Source: Bacteroidales bacterium
Lineage (GTDB): Bacteria > Bacteroidota > Bacteroidia > Bacteroidales > TTA-H9
Direction: 5' to 3'
Assembly (NCBI GenBank): GCA_049969475.1
Contig: JBMFOU010000014.1
Coordinates: 8,700-72,699, forward strand
DNA length: 64,000 nt
Each line of letters begins with the position of its first letter. Within the stretch, counting starts at the first letter, position 1. The notes under the pieces are model-generated. The model was given only the letters and a program-made list of their open reading frames with translations, did no database searches and had not been told where the DNA came from. Positions 37,748-46,530 of this stretch are shown here, piece by piece. Position numbers and translations under genes: made by a program.

Positions 37748-40729
37748 ATGAATGAAAATGTACAGCGTAAGAAATGGAAAGCCCGCAAGTATCTACTGCC
37801 TGCATTTTGGATTTTTCTTACGAGCTGGAGTGTGAATGCACAGATTACTGTCTTGGGTAAAGTAACGGGCGCAGATACGCGTTCGGGCATTCCGGGGGTA
37901 AATGTAGTAGTGAAAGGCAAGGCACGCGGCGTTGTTACCGACGTTAAGGGTGATTATAAGATTGAGCTTGCTTCCGGCGATGAAGTGCTGGTCTTCTCAT
38001 TTGTGGGATACCGTAAGCAAGAAATTGCTGTTGGAGGCCGTCAGGTTATCAATGTTGAACTCGAACCCGAAATCACGGCTCTTCGGGAAATTGTGGTAAT
38101 GGGTTACAGTGATAAAAAGAAAACGGAAATAGCGAGTGCGGTCTCGGTAGTTGGAGAAAATAAGTTGCGCGATGTGGTAAGTCCGACCTTAGGTACCATG
38201 CTTCAGGGTAAGGTTAGTGGTGTGCAGGTCGTCAACAGCTCCGGAGCGCCAGGCAGCAGCGCCGAAATAAGAATACGAGGTACCAGCACCCTCAACGGCA
38301 ACTCTGAACCTCTTTATGTTGTAGATGGGGTTATTTCCGGGAATGGCGACCCTGGTATTGATCCGGCCATGATCGAAAACATTACAATTTTGAAAGATGC
38401 TGGTGCTACTGGCCTTTATGGTTCAAGAGCGAATGGAGGAGTCATTATTATTACCACTAAAAAAGGAGGATTGCAGCCGGTGATTGAGTTTTCGGCCACT
38501 ACCGGCTTACGTACAGCCGATTTTGGAAAAGTGAAAATGATGAACGGTGCTGAATACTATGATGCCTTGCGTGGGCTCTTTATTGACAGTACGGGCTATA
38601 TAGATAAGGTTCGATACCTCAACAATTATCCCAAGACTCTGCGTGAGCGCAATTTCGATTGGGTTAATGAAGTATTTCGCCCGGCATTGTCCATGAACTA
38701 CAACCTTTCGGCCAGTGGTGGAACCGAAAAATATAAATATTTCCTGGGGGGTAGCTACTACGACGAGAAAGGTACCTTCATGAATACCTACTTCCGTAAA
38801 CTAAGCATACGTAGCAATAACAGCTATGCTTTGAGCGATGCAGTTAATCTTCAGGCTAATATCGACCTTGCGCGTAGCACTGGCCGTACCTACGATTACA
38901 TGGATATGTATTACACTTATCTCTCTTCACCCTGGGACAGTGGGTACACAAAAACCGGCGAACCCCGCTATGTGGACCAGAAAACCACCGGTTGGTACTC
39001 ACGCGATAAAATCAATCCCATTCATTCCATAAATAATTCTGATTATGGTTATCAGTCCACTTCTATGGGTCTAAACCTCGGACTCTATGCCCGACTGTTG
39101 AGCTGGCTTAATTTTTCGAATACCCTGTCGCTGAATTATTACAACGGCCTGTCGACCTCGCTGGTCAATCCGGCCATTGCCGGACCTTTGCACAATATAG
39201 GCAGCTTGTCGAGGCTCGAAAATTTTGGCTATGGTTTTCTCAATACCAGCCTGCTGAAGTTTGACCAAACCTGGGGAGCTCACTCCTTGAGCGGACTACT
39301 GGGTGCAGAGTTCTCTTATGGATACAACGACTACTGGGGTGCCTCGGCCGAAGGCCTGATGCAGGGGTATCGCACTTTCAACACGGCTTCCCGCAACTTT
39401 AAAGTACATGGAGCTTATGGTGAAAGTGCCCTCGAGTCATTCCTTAGCCAGGTTAACTATAATTATCTGCAAAAATATTTTGTTACGGCTTCGTATCGTA
39501 TAGATGCCAATTCCAAGTTTGCACCCGGGCATAAAACGGCTAGTTTCCCCACACTGAGCTTGGCCTGGCTTATCAATCAGGAAGATTTTCTCAGCAGCGC
39601 TAAGTCCATCGACCTTTTGAAAGCTCGTATAAGCTATGGATACACAGGAAACGAAGCTATCGACCCAGGTAAATACAATGCCCTGTATGCGCTCAACAGC
39701 AATTATAACGGGCAGGTAGGAGCCTACCCCTCACAACTACCCAACATGTCTCTTACCTGGGAAAAGACCCGGCAGATCAACCTGGGTTTCGATCTCAACC
39801 TTTACAAGCGCATCGAAATGTCGATCGACCTTTATTCCAATACCACCAAAGATCTGCTTTATATCGCCCAACAGCCTTATTCCATTGGATATGAGTTTCG
39901 TTGGGAAAATGCTGGAAAAATCCTCAATAAAGGAGTAGAATTTTCTATTTCCTCTACCAATATCAAAACTCAGAAACTGACCTGGACCACTGATTTTAAC
40001 ATAAGCTATAATAAAAATGAAGTAACCGACGTGGAAAGAGCCAAACCCCGTATTGTGAGTGGCATAGAGCAACGCTTGGAAAGCGGTAAGCCCTTGCATG
40101 CTTTTTATCTCCCGATATGGGCCGGAGTAGATCCCGCTACTGGTAATCCTTTGTGGGAAACGGCTGACGGAAAAACAACTATCCGTTACTCGAAAGCCGC
40201 CATACAGTATGCTGGTTCGGCCATGCCCAAATACTATGGCGGTTTTACTTCCACACTGCAGTACGGAAATTTCAGCATTTCAATGAATTTTTCTTACCTG
40301 GGCGGCAATTATGTATATAATCGTGACCGCTCACAGTTCGATACTGATGGCAATGAACCGAAAATGAATTTCGTGAAATTACTCGGCGATGAGAGCAGAT
40401 GGGAAAAACCAGGCGATGTAGTCACTCACCCACGTATGGGCTCCAATTCATTCTCCTATTATCCTTCAACCCGCTATCTGGAAAAAGGAGATTATCTCAA
40501 ATTCCGCAATTTCATTATCAGTTATGAGCTTCCAAAGCGCTGGTTGGGCAACCATATCAAAGGTTTAACTGTCTCTTTAAGTGGTGATAATATTTTCACC
40601 CTCACCGGCTACAAAGGAATGGACCCCGAGGCTACCCTGCGCATCACCGACTGGTCGCTGCCGGGTATGAACGACCTGAAATACCCACTCAACCATCAGT
40701 ATAATTTTAGTTTGCGTATTAAAATTTAA
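37748..40729 (+). CDS. susC: SusC/RagA family TonB-linked outer membrane transporter
   Basis: It has a signal peptide, a CarboxypepD_reg domain (ITVLGKVTGADTRSGIPGVNVVVKG), a plug (VVMGYSDKKKTEIASAVS) and a roughly 990-aa barrel. There is no STN-type N-terminal extension. I chose the ATG at 37748. Confidence 0.9.
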   Translation: MNENVQRKKWKARKYLLPAFWIFLTSWSVNAQITVLGKVTGADTRSGIPGVNVVVKGKARGVVTDVKGDYKIELASGDEVLVFSFVGYRKQEIAVGGRQVINVELEPEITALREIVVMGYSDKKKTEIASAVSVVGENKLRDVVSPTLGTMLQGKVSGVQVVNSSGAPGSSAEIRIRGTSTLNGNSEPLYVVDGVISGNGDPGIDPAMIENITILKDAGATGLYGSRANGGVIIITTKKGGLQPVIEFSATTGLRTADFGKVKMMNGAEYYDALRGLFIDSTGYIDKVRYLNNYPKTLRERNFDWVNEVFRPALSMNYNLSASGGTEKYKYFLGGSYYDEKGTFMNTYFRKLSIRSNNSYALSDAVNLQANIDLARSTGRTYDYMDMYYTYLSSPWDSGYTKTGEPRYVDQKTTGWYSRDKINPIHSINNSDYGYQSTSMGLNLGLYARLLSWLNFSNTLSLNYYNGLSTSLVNPAIAGPLHNIGSLSRLENFGYGFLNTSLLKFDQTWGAHSLSGLLGAEFSYGYNDYWGASAEGLMQGYRTFNTASRNFKVHGAYGESALESFLSQVNYNYLQKYFVTASYRIDANSKFAPGHKTASFPTLSLAWLINQEDFLSSAKSIDLLKARISYGYTGNEAIDPGKYNALYALNSNYNGQVGAYPSQLPNMSLTWEKTRQINLGFDLNLYKRIEMSIDLYSNTTKDLLYIAQQPYSIGYEFRWENAGKILNKGVEFSISSTNIKTQKLTWTTDFNISYNKNEVTDVERAKPRIVSGIEQRLESGKPLHAFYLPIWAGVDPATGNPLWETADGKTTIRYSKAAIQYAGSAMPKYYGGFTSTLQYGNFSISMNFSYLGGNYVYNRDRSQFDTDGNEPKMNFVKLLGDESRWEKPGDVVTHPRMGSNSFSYYPSTRYLEKGDYLKFRNFIISYELPKRWLGNHIKGLTVSLSGDNIFTLTGYKGMDPEATLRITDWSLPGMNDLKYPLNHQYNFSLRIKI

Positions 40730-40756
40730 AGTTCTGGATTTTAATTGATTAAAAAT

Positions 40757-42268
40757 ATGAAACGACTGCTGATTATTCTGACTATTGGGCTTATGCTGGT
40801 TTCGGCTTGCGAGATGAACTACGACACCACCGACCAGATTACACCCGATAAATTGATTGATATGCCCGGAGGGCTTGCCAGTATTACCAATGGTAATTAT
40901 GCTATGCTAAAAGATGTGCTCACTTTTAATGGCCAGCTCAACCTCAATTACTCATATCTTCGACAGTATTTCTTCCTTACTGAATTTGCCTCTGACAATG
41001 TAGTTTGCGGGCAGGTTACTACCGACCCTTTTTTCTTGAGTTTTACCCGCCAGCACACCCCTTCTCAGGAAAATACTTCTTATTTCTGGTATGTTAGCTA
41101 TAAAATTATTTCAGCTACCAATCTGGTAATCAATCGCTGGGAGAGGGGAGAGATTAAAAATCCCACGGCTAGCGATCTTCAGATGATTGGCGAAAATTAT
41201 TTCATGCGGGCTTTTGCTCATTTTGCTTTAGTAAATCTCTTTGCCAAGCCTTACGCACTCGATCCTCAGGCGCCTGGGGTCATCATTCGCAATTCTGATA
41301 ATGAAAAAAATGAAAAGGCCCGGGCTACAGTGGCTGAAGTCTACGACTTTGTGCTCAATGATTTACGCAAAGCTGGACAATTAATGAAGACTTCCACTTA
41401 CCGAGGGCCTGGCTATGCTTCTGTTTATGCTGCTGATGCCCTGATGTCGAGGGTCTTTCTTTATATGAATGAAAACGACTCTGTAATTAAATATGCCTCT
41501 AAAGTTATCAATAGTGGCAAGTTTGAAATTGAACCAGACTTTCCTCATTATTTCGCCAATGCACCTACGTCCAAAGAAACCATTCTTTGTGTAATATACA
41601 CGCCTGCAGACGATCTGAAAAAATATGGCAGCATTGCCTCCATGTATTACTCTGATGGTAATTCTGGCTGGGGAGAGGAATATGCTTCGGATGCCCTCCG
41701 TAATCTTATGGCTCAGAATCCCGAGGATACCCGTAATCAGTATATAGTTCCCCTGCTTGATAACAATGGAGAAGTAATGCGCAAGGCAGGTACGGGCATC
41801 AAAATTTATTATGTTACCCGCTTTTCTTTCCAGGATGGTTCGCCTACGCTCAGCAGCCCTGTATTGCTCCGTATTTCTGAAATGTACCTCAACCGGGCTG
41901 AAGCCTATGCCAAAAAAGGTATGACCACTGAAGCGCTGGCCGATTTAAATGCAATCCGCGAGAGAAGAGGTTTGCAAAACAAGCTCTACACCTCTGTTCC
42001 AGCAGGAAAGACCCTTCTGGAAACCGTTCTAGAGGAACGCCGCATTGAATTGGCCTTCGAAGGGCATCGCACTTTCGATCTCTTCCGCAATAAGCTCAAT
42101 CTGGTGCGCAATTACTGGGGTTACCATCTCATTGGCCTCAAAGAAAGTGATGTAGATTACACCAAGCCCGCCCCTGTGGAAGTTATCCCCTTCGACGATC
42201 CCCGAAACATCTATTTCATTCCGGAAAACGAAATCCGGCTCAATCCCTTATGTACGCAAAATCCGTAA
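40757..42268 (+). CDS. susD: SusD/RagB family nutrient-binding outer membrane lipoprotein
   Basis: It has a lipobox (LMLVSACE). The blocks RAFAHFALVNLFAKPY, ISEMYLNRAEAYAK and ERRIELAFEGHRTFDLFR are typical SusD blocks. Confidence 0.9.
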   Translation: MKRLLIILTIGLMLVSACEMNYDTTDQITPDKLIDMPGGLASITNGNYAMLKDVLTFNGQLNLNYSYLRQYFFLTEFASDNVVCGQVTTDPFFLSFTRQHTPSQENTSYFWYVSYKIISATNLVINRWERGEIKNPTASDLQMIGENYFMRAFAHFALVNLFAKPYALDPQAPGVIIRNSDNEKNEKARATVAEVYDFVLNDLRKAGQLMKTSTYRGPGYASVYAADALMSRVFLYMNENDSVIKYASKVINSGKFEIEPDFPHYFANAPTSKETILCVIYTPADDLKKYGSIASMYYSDGNSGWGEEYASDALRNLMAQNPEDTRNQYIVPLLDNNGEVMRKAGTGIKIYYVTRFSFQDGSPTLSSPVLLRISEMYLNRAEAYAKKGMTTEALADLNAIRERRGLQNKLYTSVPAGKTLLETVLEERRIELAFEGHRTFDLFRNKLNLVRNYWGYHLIGLKESDVDYTKPAPVEVIPFDDPRNIYFIPENEIRLNPLCTQNP

Positions 42269-42321
42269 TGCAAATGCATGTTAAACCAATAAATAACCCT
42301 AACCCTTAAAATCCAATTACT

Positions 42322-43209
42322 ATGAGAAAAATCAGTGTTTTTTCAGTTCTGTTTGCTTTTGTTGCCATGTTATCCATGGCTACTCTGCTGAGTTCATGCG
42401 GAAAAGATGAACCCAAACCCGCACCTGAGGCTTCCTTCTCTTTTAAGGCCACGGGTGATGGTCGCACTATTGAATTTACCAATGAATCTACCAATGCTAC
42501 CAGCTATTCATGGGATTTTGGTGATGGCCAGACATCTACCGAAGTCAACCCGGTTCACACTTATGCCGAATTCAAGGAGTACACAGTTACTCTAACAGCT
42601 ACAGGCGACGGGGGAACCAACACCTACACTTACAAAATTACCATTGTGAAAACCAGCCCTGTGAAGCTAGATGATGCTTCATTCGACGACTGGAATACCA
42701 TTGATGTTGCCTTCCAGTCGGTTGACAACAACGGCGGAATTTTGAACAAGGCCAAAGTGGATTACGATGCAGATAATATTTACTTCTATTTGGAAGTTCA
42801 AGGTAACCTTACCGATTCTCTATGGATAGGTTGCTGGTTCGACCTCGACAATGACAGCCTCACTGGCTTTAAGCCATGGACCCATAAAGCTATAGGTGTA
42901 GATTTGTATGTAGAAGGTCAGCTGAGCACTGCTGGAGGTGCTGGTATGTTTGAACACAGCGACCCGACTGGCGGACAAGGATGGGGTTGGAACGACCTCG
43001 GGGCCAGCGATTTTATAACTTACGGAAATCATGTGCAGGACGGGGGTGTAATCAAGTTTGAATTTGCTTTCAAACGTCTGAAGCTCAACACCACTACCAA
43101 GACTTTGGGTAAAAAAGTTACCCTGGCTGTAACCCCTTATGTAAATTGGGAACCCGCAGGATTCTTCCCTGCAAAGGGAGCCAATGCCTTTGTGCTCGAT
43201 ATGCAATAA
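42322..43209 (+). CDS. surface lipoprotein with a PKD domain plus a CBM-like module (SusE/F-position accessory protein)
   Basis: It has a lipobox (LLSSCGK) and a PKD domain (FTNESTNATSYSWDFGDGQTSTEVNPVHTY). The C-terminal module has the pattern DDW..., DADNIYFYLEV, WFDLDNDSLTG. Confidence 0.75.
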   Translation: MRKISVFSVLFAFVAMLSMATLLSSCGKDEPKPAPEASFSFKATGDGRTIEFTNESTNATSYSWDFGDGQTSTEVNPVHTYAEFKEYTVTLTATGDGGTNTYTYKITIVKTSPVKLDDASFDDWNTIDVAFQSVDNNGGILNKAKVDYDADNIYFYLEVQGNLTDSLWIGCWFDLDNDSLTGFKPWTHKAIGVDLYVEGQLSTAGGAGMFEHSDPTGGQGWGWNDLGASDFITYGNHVQDGGVIKFEFAFKRLKLNTTTKTLGKKVTLAVTPYVNWEPAGFFPAKGANAFVLDMQ

Positions 43210-43247
43210 CATAGATTTTGGTTAGTCTTTTGATGAATTAAAACGGG

Positions 43248-43283
43248 GCAGGTCCCTGATAGAAGATAAAGGGGCCTGCTTTT
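43248..43283 (+). terminator. hairpin plus T-tract between the PKD gene and the last PUL gene (terminator or attenuator)
   Basis: A 9-bp stem forms between gcaggtccc (43248-43256) and ggggcctgc (43271-43279), including one G-U pair. It is followed by tttt cc ttc atttt. Confidence 0.4.
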
Positions 43284-43305
43284 CCTTCATTTTATTAATA
43301 GGCTT

Positions 43306-46300
43306 ATGAGAAATACATTTCGAATAATTGTTTTGTCGTTTTTCTTTTTGTTGCTGGCAGGTTCTTTCAACCTTTCGGCCCAGGTAGGGCATTTAGTAAA
43401 GTATTACTCAGCAATTGATAGCGTTCTGGTAAATCCAGAAAGAGGTTTTTTTCACTTTACCTCCGTCAGATCCTCCAAAAGCTATAATGCACTCGAAGCC
43501 GATAAGCTGCAGGCCTTTCGAAATGAAGGAATAACCCTCATCTTTCGCAATTATATACTCGACGGTCATGTGAGCGATTATCTGTCTTCGGCCTTCCTCT
43601 CTGGTATGGAAAAGGATTTTGGTTTGCTACGCCAGTACGGGCTCAAGGCTGTTATCCGCTTCTGCTACACCGAAAAATCTACGCCACCATACGGCGATGC
43701 TACGTTGGACTGGATGCTAATACACATCCAGCAGTTGGAACCTATCCTGCGAAAAAATAGTGATGTCATTCTTGTCCTACAGGCAGGTTTCATAGGAGCC
43801 TGGGGCGAATGGTACTATACCGACCATTTTGCCTCCTCGCCCGGTGTCATTTTGCCCCAGCATTGGGAAATGCGCAAGCAACTGGTTAGTGCTCTCCTAA
43901 ATGCCCTTCCAGAGTACAGGCAGGTGGAGCTTCGGACCCCAGTATATAAATGGAAAATAGTAGACAATGACACAACCCCTGTGAGTCTCGAAATTGCCTT
44001 TACAGGTGTCCCAAAAGCCCGCCTGGGGCATCATAACGACTGTTTCCTAGCCAGCCCCGATGACGTAGGTACCTATCAGAATATCCCCGTAGAAAAAAAA
44101 TACCTCGAACGCGACTCCCGTTTCACCATGGTTACCGGTGAAACCTGTGGTGTTTGTTCCCCTTGCTCCGACTGCGACAATACATTGCAGGAAATGGCCC
44201 GTTTTCACTGGACAGCGATTAATTTAGATTATCATCCTTCTGTGATCTCCGGATGGAAAACTCAGGGTTGTTTCGAAACAATAAATAATAAATTGGGATA
44301 CCGCTATCGCATGATTGCTTCCCGCATTCAACAGCAAGCTAAACCCGGCGGTGCTTTTCATCTGGAACTCAAGCTTATTAATGAAGGATTTAGCAACCCT
44401 GTCAATCCAAGAAATGCCTATTTTGTGCTGAAAAACAGTGGCACCGGTCAAACTTTCCGGGTCAAAATCCCCGGCGACTTGCGGTTATGGCCCCTCCACG
44501 ATACCATTCGGCTCGATATTACTGCCGGGCTTCCTTCCCAAATGTCCGTGGGTAACTACGAGGTCTTCTTCGAAATGCCTGATTTTGACCTCAGCCTTTC
44601 CCAAAATCCACTCTTTTCTATCCGCACTGCTAACAAAGATACTTGGAGAGCCGCCTCGGGTCTTAATTCCTTGCTAACTGAGGTTGAAATTGTTAATGAT
44701 TCCTCACTCCCCGGGTACGCTGGGAACTTGTTCTTTGTAGGCTCCGCCTTGCGTGTTCCTACCGACCTTCGTTTTAAAGCTGATGGCCTGCCGCTCGAGT
44801 GGGATTCTATAAGTACACTGGGCTCTATTGCCTCACCTCACACACAGGCCAAAGCCTTTTTTGATAACGATACCTTATTTCTCTTCGTGGGTGGAGCTGA
44901 GCCATTAAGTAGTGTTCAGATTTTTATTGATGTTGATAGGAATCCTGCAACCGGTTATCCGGCCTGGCCCTGGACCAACAATGGGGCAGATTTGTTTTTT
45001 GAAAACGGTCTGCTTTATAGTCATCAAGGCATTCCTGGTACCTGGAATTGGGCTCTTTTAGGACCGGTTTCCTGGCTTATAAGCGACACCCTTTGTGAAG
45101 TGGCTATTCCTGCTTCATTGGCCGGTATTACCCCGGGCCAGCAAGTAGGCCTTGCCTTCATGCTCAATAATGCCTTTCCTCTTCCTTCATCAGGTCAACC
45201 CTTTCTTTCCACAACCTTTAATTTGAATGCTGTGCCCGATTTACGCTACGTACTGGGGCCCGGACAAATTACCCTTTATTGGCAAGCTGCCGGCGATGAT
45301 AATATCTCAACCATCGTTCAAAGGTCAGAGGGAAACGGGGGTTTTACGACTAGGGCCGTTCTTGGGGGAAACGTACCCGCCTTTACAGATAAAGGGCTTG
45401 ACTCCACCAAGGCGTATCGCTATGCAGTATATCGGGCCTCCTCCGATAATTTTTCCCAACGTAAAACAACGCCTTCGCTTCTGCCGAATCAGTCTGCCGA
45501 TGAGTTTATTTCCATGCGCTGCGATGGGTTCCAAGCTGATTGGAATATCATTGAACCCCAGGCTACTCTGCACGATATCCGTACTATGGCTGTTACCGTG
45601 GTAAATTATCTTGATTCATTGTATCTCTCTATCAGAGGATATGAACAACCCACACATGTTAAATTTTATTTCGATACTGACCTGGATGCTTCCACGGGTT
45701 TGCCTAATCTATTGACTCTGCAACCTGGCTGCGACCGCATGATTTCAGGCGATTCTCTATTTATAGCTCAGGGAAATAGTTGGACTTTTCTGAAAAAGAT
45801 CAAACGCTCTTCATCAATAGGCTTTACTGAATGGGCTGTTAATCTCACTGATATGAATTTGGTGGATGTCCCCTCGGCGCGCTTTTCAGGTGTCATCAAC
45901 CATAATAAACCATTTCCAGACAAGGCTGTGTATGCCTGGTTTTACAAGTTCGTTCAACCTGGTATTCCTCAACATTTTGCCGTTAAAAACTCTCAAGCTA
46001 ATCCCAATTCAAAAATTATTCTTGAATGGAATACCCGCAATGATGCGGAAGGATATATCATTGAGCGCTCTGTAGATGATCTGGAGCATTTCAACCGTAT
46101 AGCCAGACTCGCTCCAACCATATCCTATTATCATGATGTGAATGTGGATACCTCTCACCAATATTACTACAGAATTTTTGCATTTAATGGTCAGCAGCGC
46201 TCAGATTATTCTGCTATTCTCGGGGGCCGTCCGGGGCAGATTGCCGAGGGTATGGTGGAACATTCATTGCCTAAGGTTTTCTTTAATATTGCTCCCAATC

Positions 46301-46530
46301 CCGCAGAACGTGAATTTCGTGTCGCTCTTGAATGTCAGCAAAAAGCTGTAAATGCCAGATTAAAGTTGATGAATCCCAATGGGTACGTTGTAAGGGAGCT
46401 CCTTCTGGGTGAGGTAGGTGGAGAATTGGAACTAAAGATTTCTGTTGATGGATTGCCCAAAGGGGTTTATTTCTTACGCTTTGAGGCCACTAATTACAGC
46501 CCGGCAACCCTTAAAGTTGTTTTGAAGTAA
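43306..46530 (+). CDS. T9SS-secreted multidomain enzyme: DUF4874/DUF4832-like catalytic region, 2 CBM-like modules, 2 FN3-like domains and a T9SS C-terminal sorting domain
   Basis: It has a signal peptide. LQAGFIGAWGEWYYTDHF and neighbouring blocks match my memory of DUF4832-type (beta/alpha) barrel proteins. The C-terminus is FNIAPNPAEREFRV...GVYFLRFEATN...LKVVLK, a T9SS CTD. Confidence 0.65.
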   Translation: MRNTFRIIVLSFFFLLLAGSFNLSAQVGHLVKYYSAIDSVLVNPERGFFHFTSVRSSKSYNALEADKLQAFRNEGITLIFRNYILDGHVSDYLSSAFLSGMEKDFGLLRQYGLKAVIRFCYTEKSTPPYGDATLDWMLIHIQQLEPILRKNSDVILVLQAGFIGAWGEWYYTDHFASSPGVILPQHWEMRKQLVSALLNALPEYRQVELRTPVYKWKIVDNDTTPVSLEIAFTGVPKARLGHHNDCFLASPDDVGTYQNIPVEKKYLERDSRFTMVTGETCGVCSPCSDCDNTLQEMARFHWTAINLDYHPSVISGWKTQGCFETINNKLGYRYRMIASRIQQQAKPGGAFHLELKLINEGFSNPVNPRNAYFVLKNSGTGQTFRVKIPGDLRLWPLHDTIRLDITAGLPSQMSVGNYEVFFEMPDFDLSLSQNPLFSIRTANKDTWRAASGLNSLLTEVEIVNDSSLPGYAGNLFFVGSALRVPTDLRFKADGLPLEWDSISTLGSIASPHTQAKAFFDNDTLFLFVGGAEPLSSVQIFIDVDRNPATGYPAWPWTNNGADLFFENGLLYSHQGIPGTWNWALLGPVSWLISDTLCEVAIPASLAGITPGQQVGLAFMLNNAFPLPSSGQPFLSTTFNLNAVPDLRYVLGPGQITLYWQAAGDDNISTIVQRSEGNGGFTTRAVLGGNVPAFTDKGLDSTKAYRYAVYRASSDNFSQRKTTPSLLPNQSADEFISMRCDGFQADWNIIEPQATLHDIRTMAVTVVNYLDSLYLSIRGYEQPTHVKFYFDTDLDASTGLPNLLTLQPGCDRMISGDSLFIAQGNSWTFLKKIKRSSSIGFTEWAVNLTDMNLVDVPSARFSGVINHNKPFPDKAVYAWFYKFVQPGIPQHFAVKNSQANPNSKIILEWNTRNDAEGYIIERSVDDLEHFNRIARLAPTISYYHDVNVDTSHQYYYRIFAFNGQQRSDYSAILGGRPGQIAEGMVEHSLPKVFFNIAPNPAEREFRVALECQQKAVNARLKLMNPNGYVVRELLLGEVGGELELKISVDGLPKGVYFLRFEATNYSPATLKVVLK

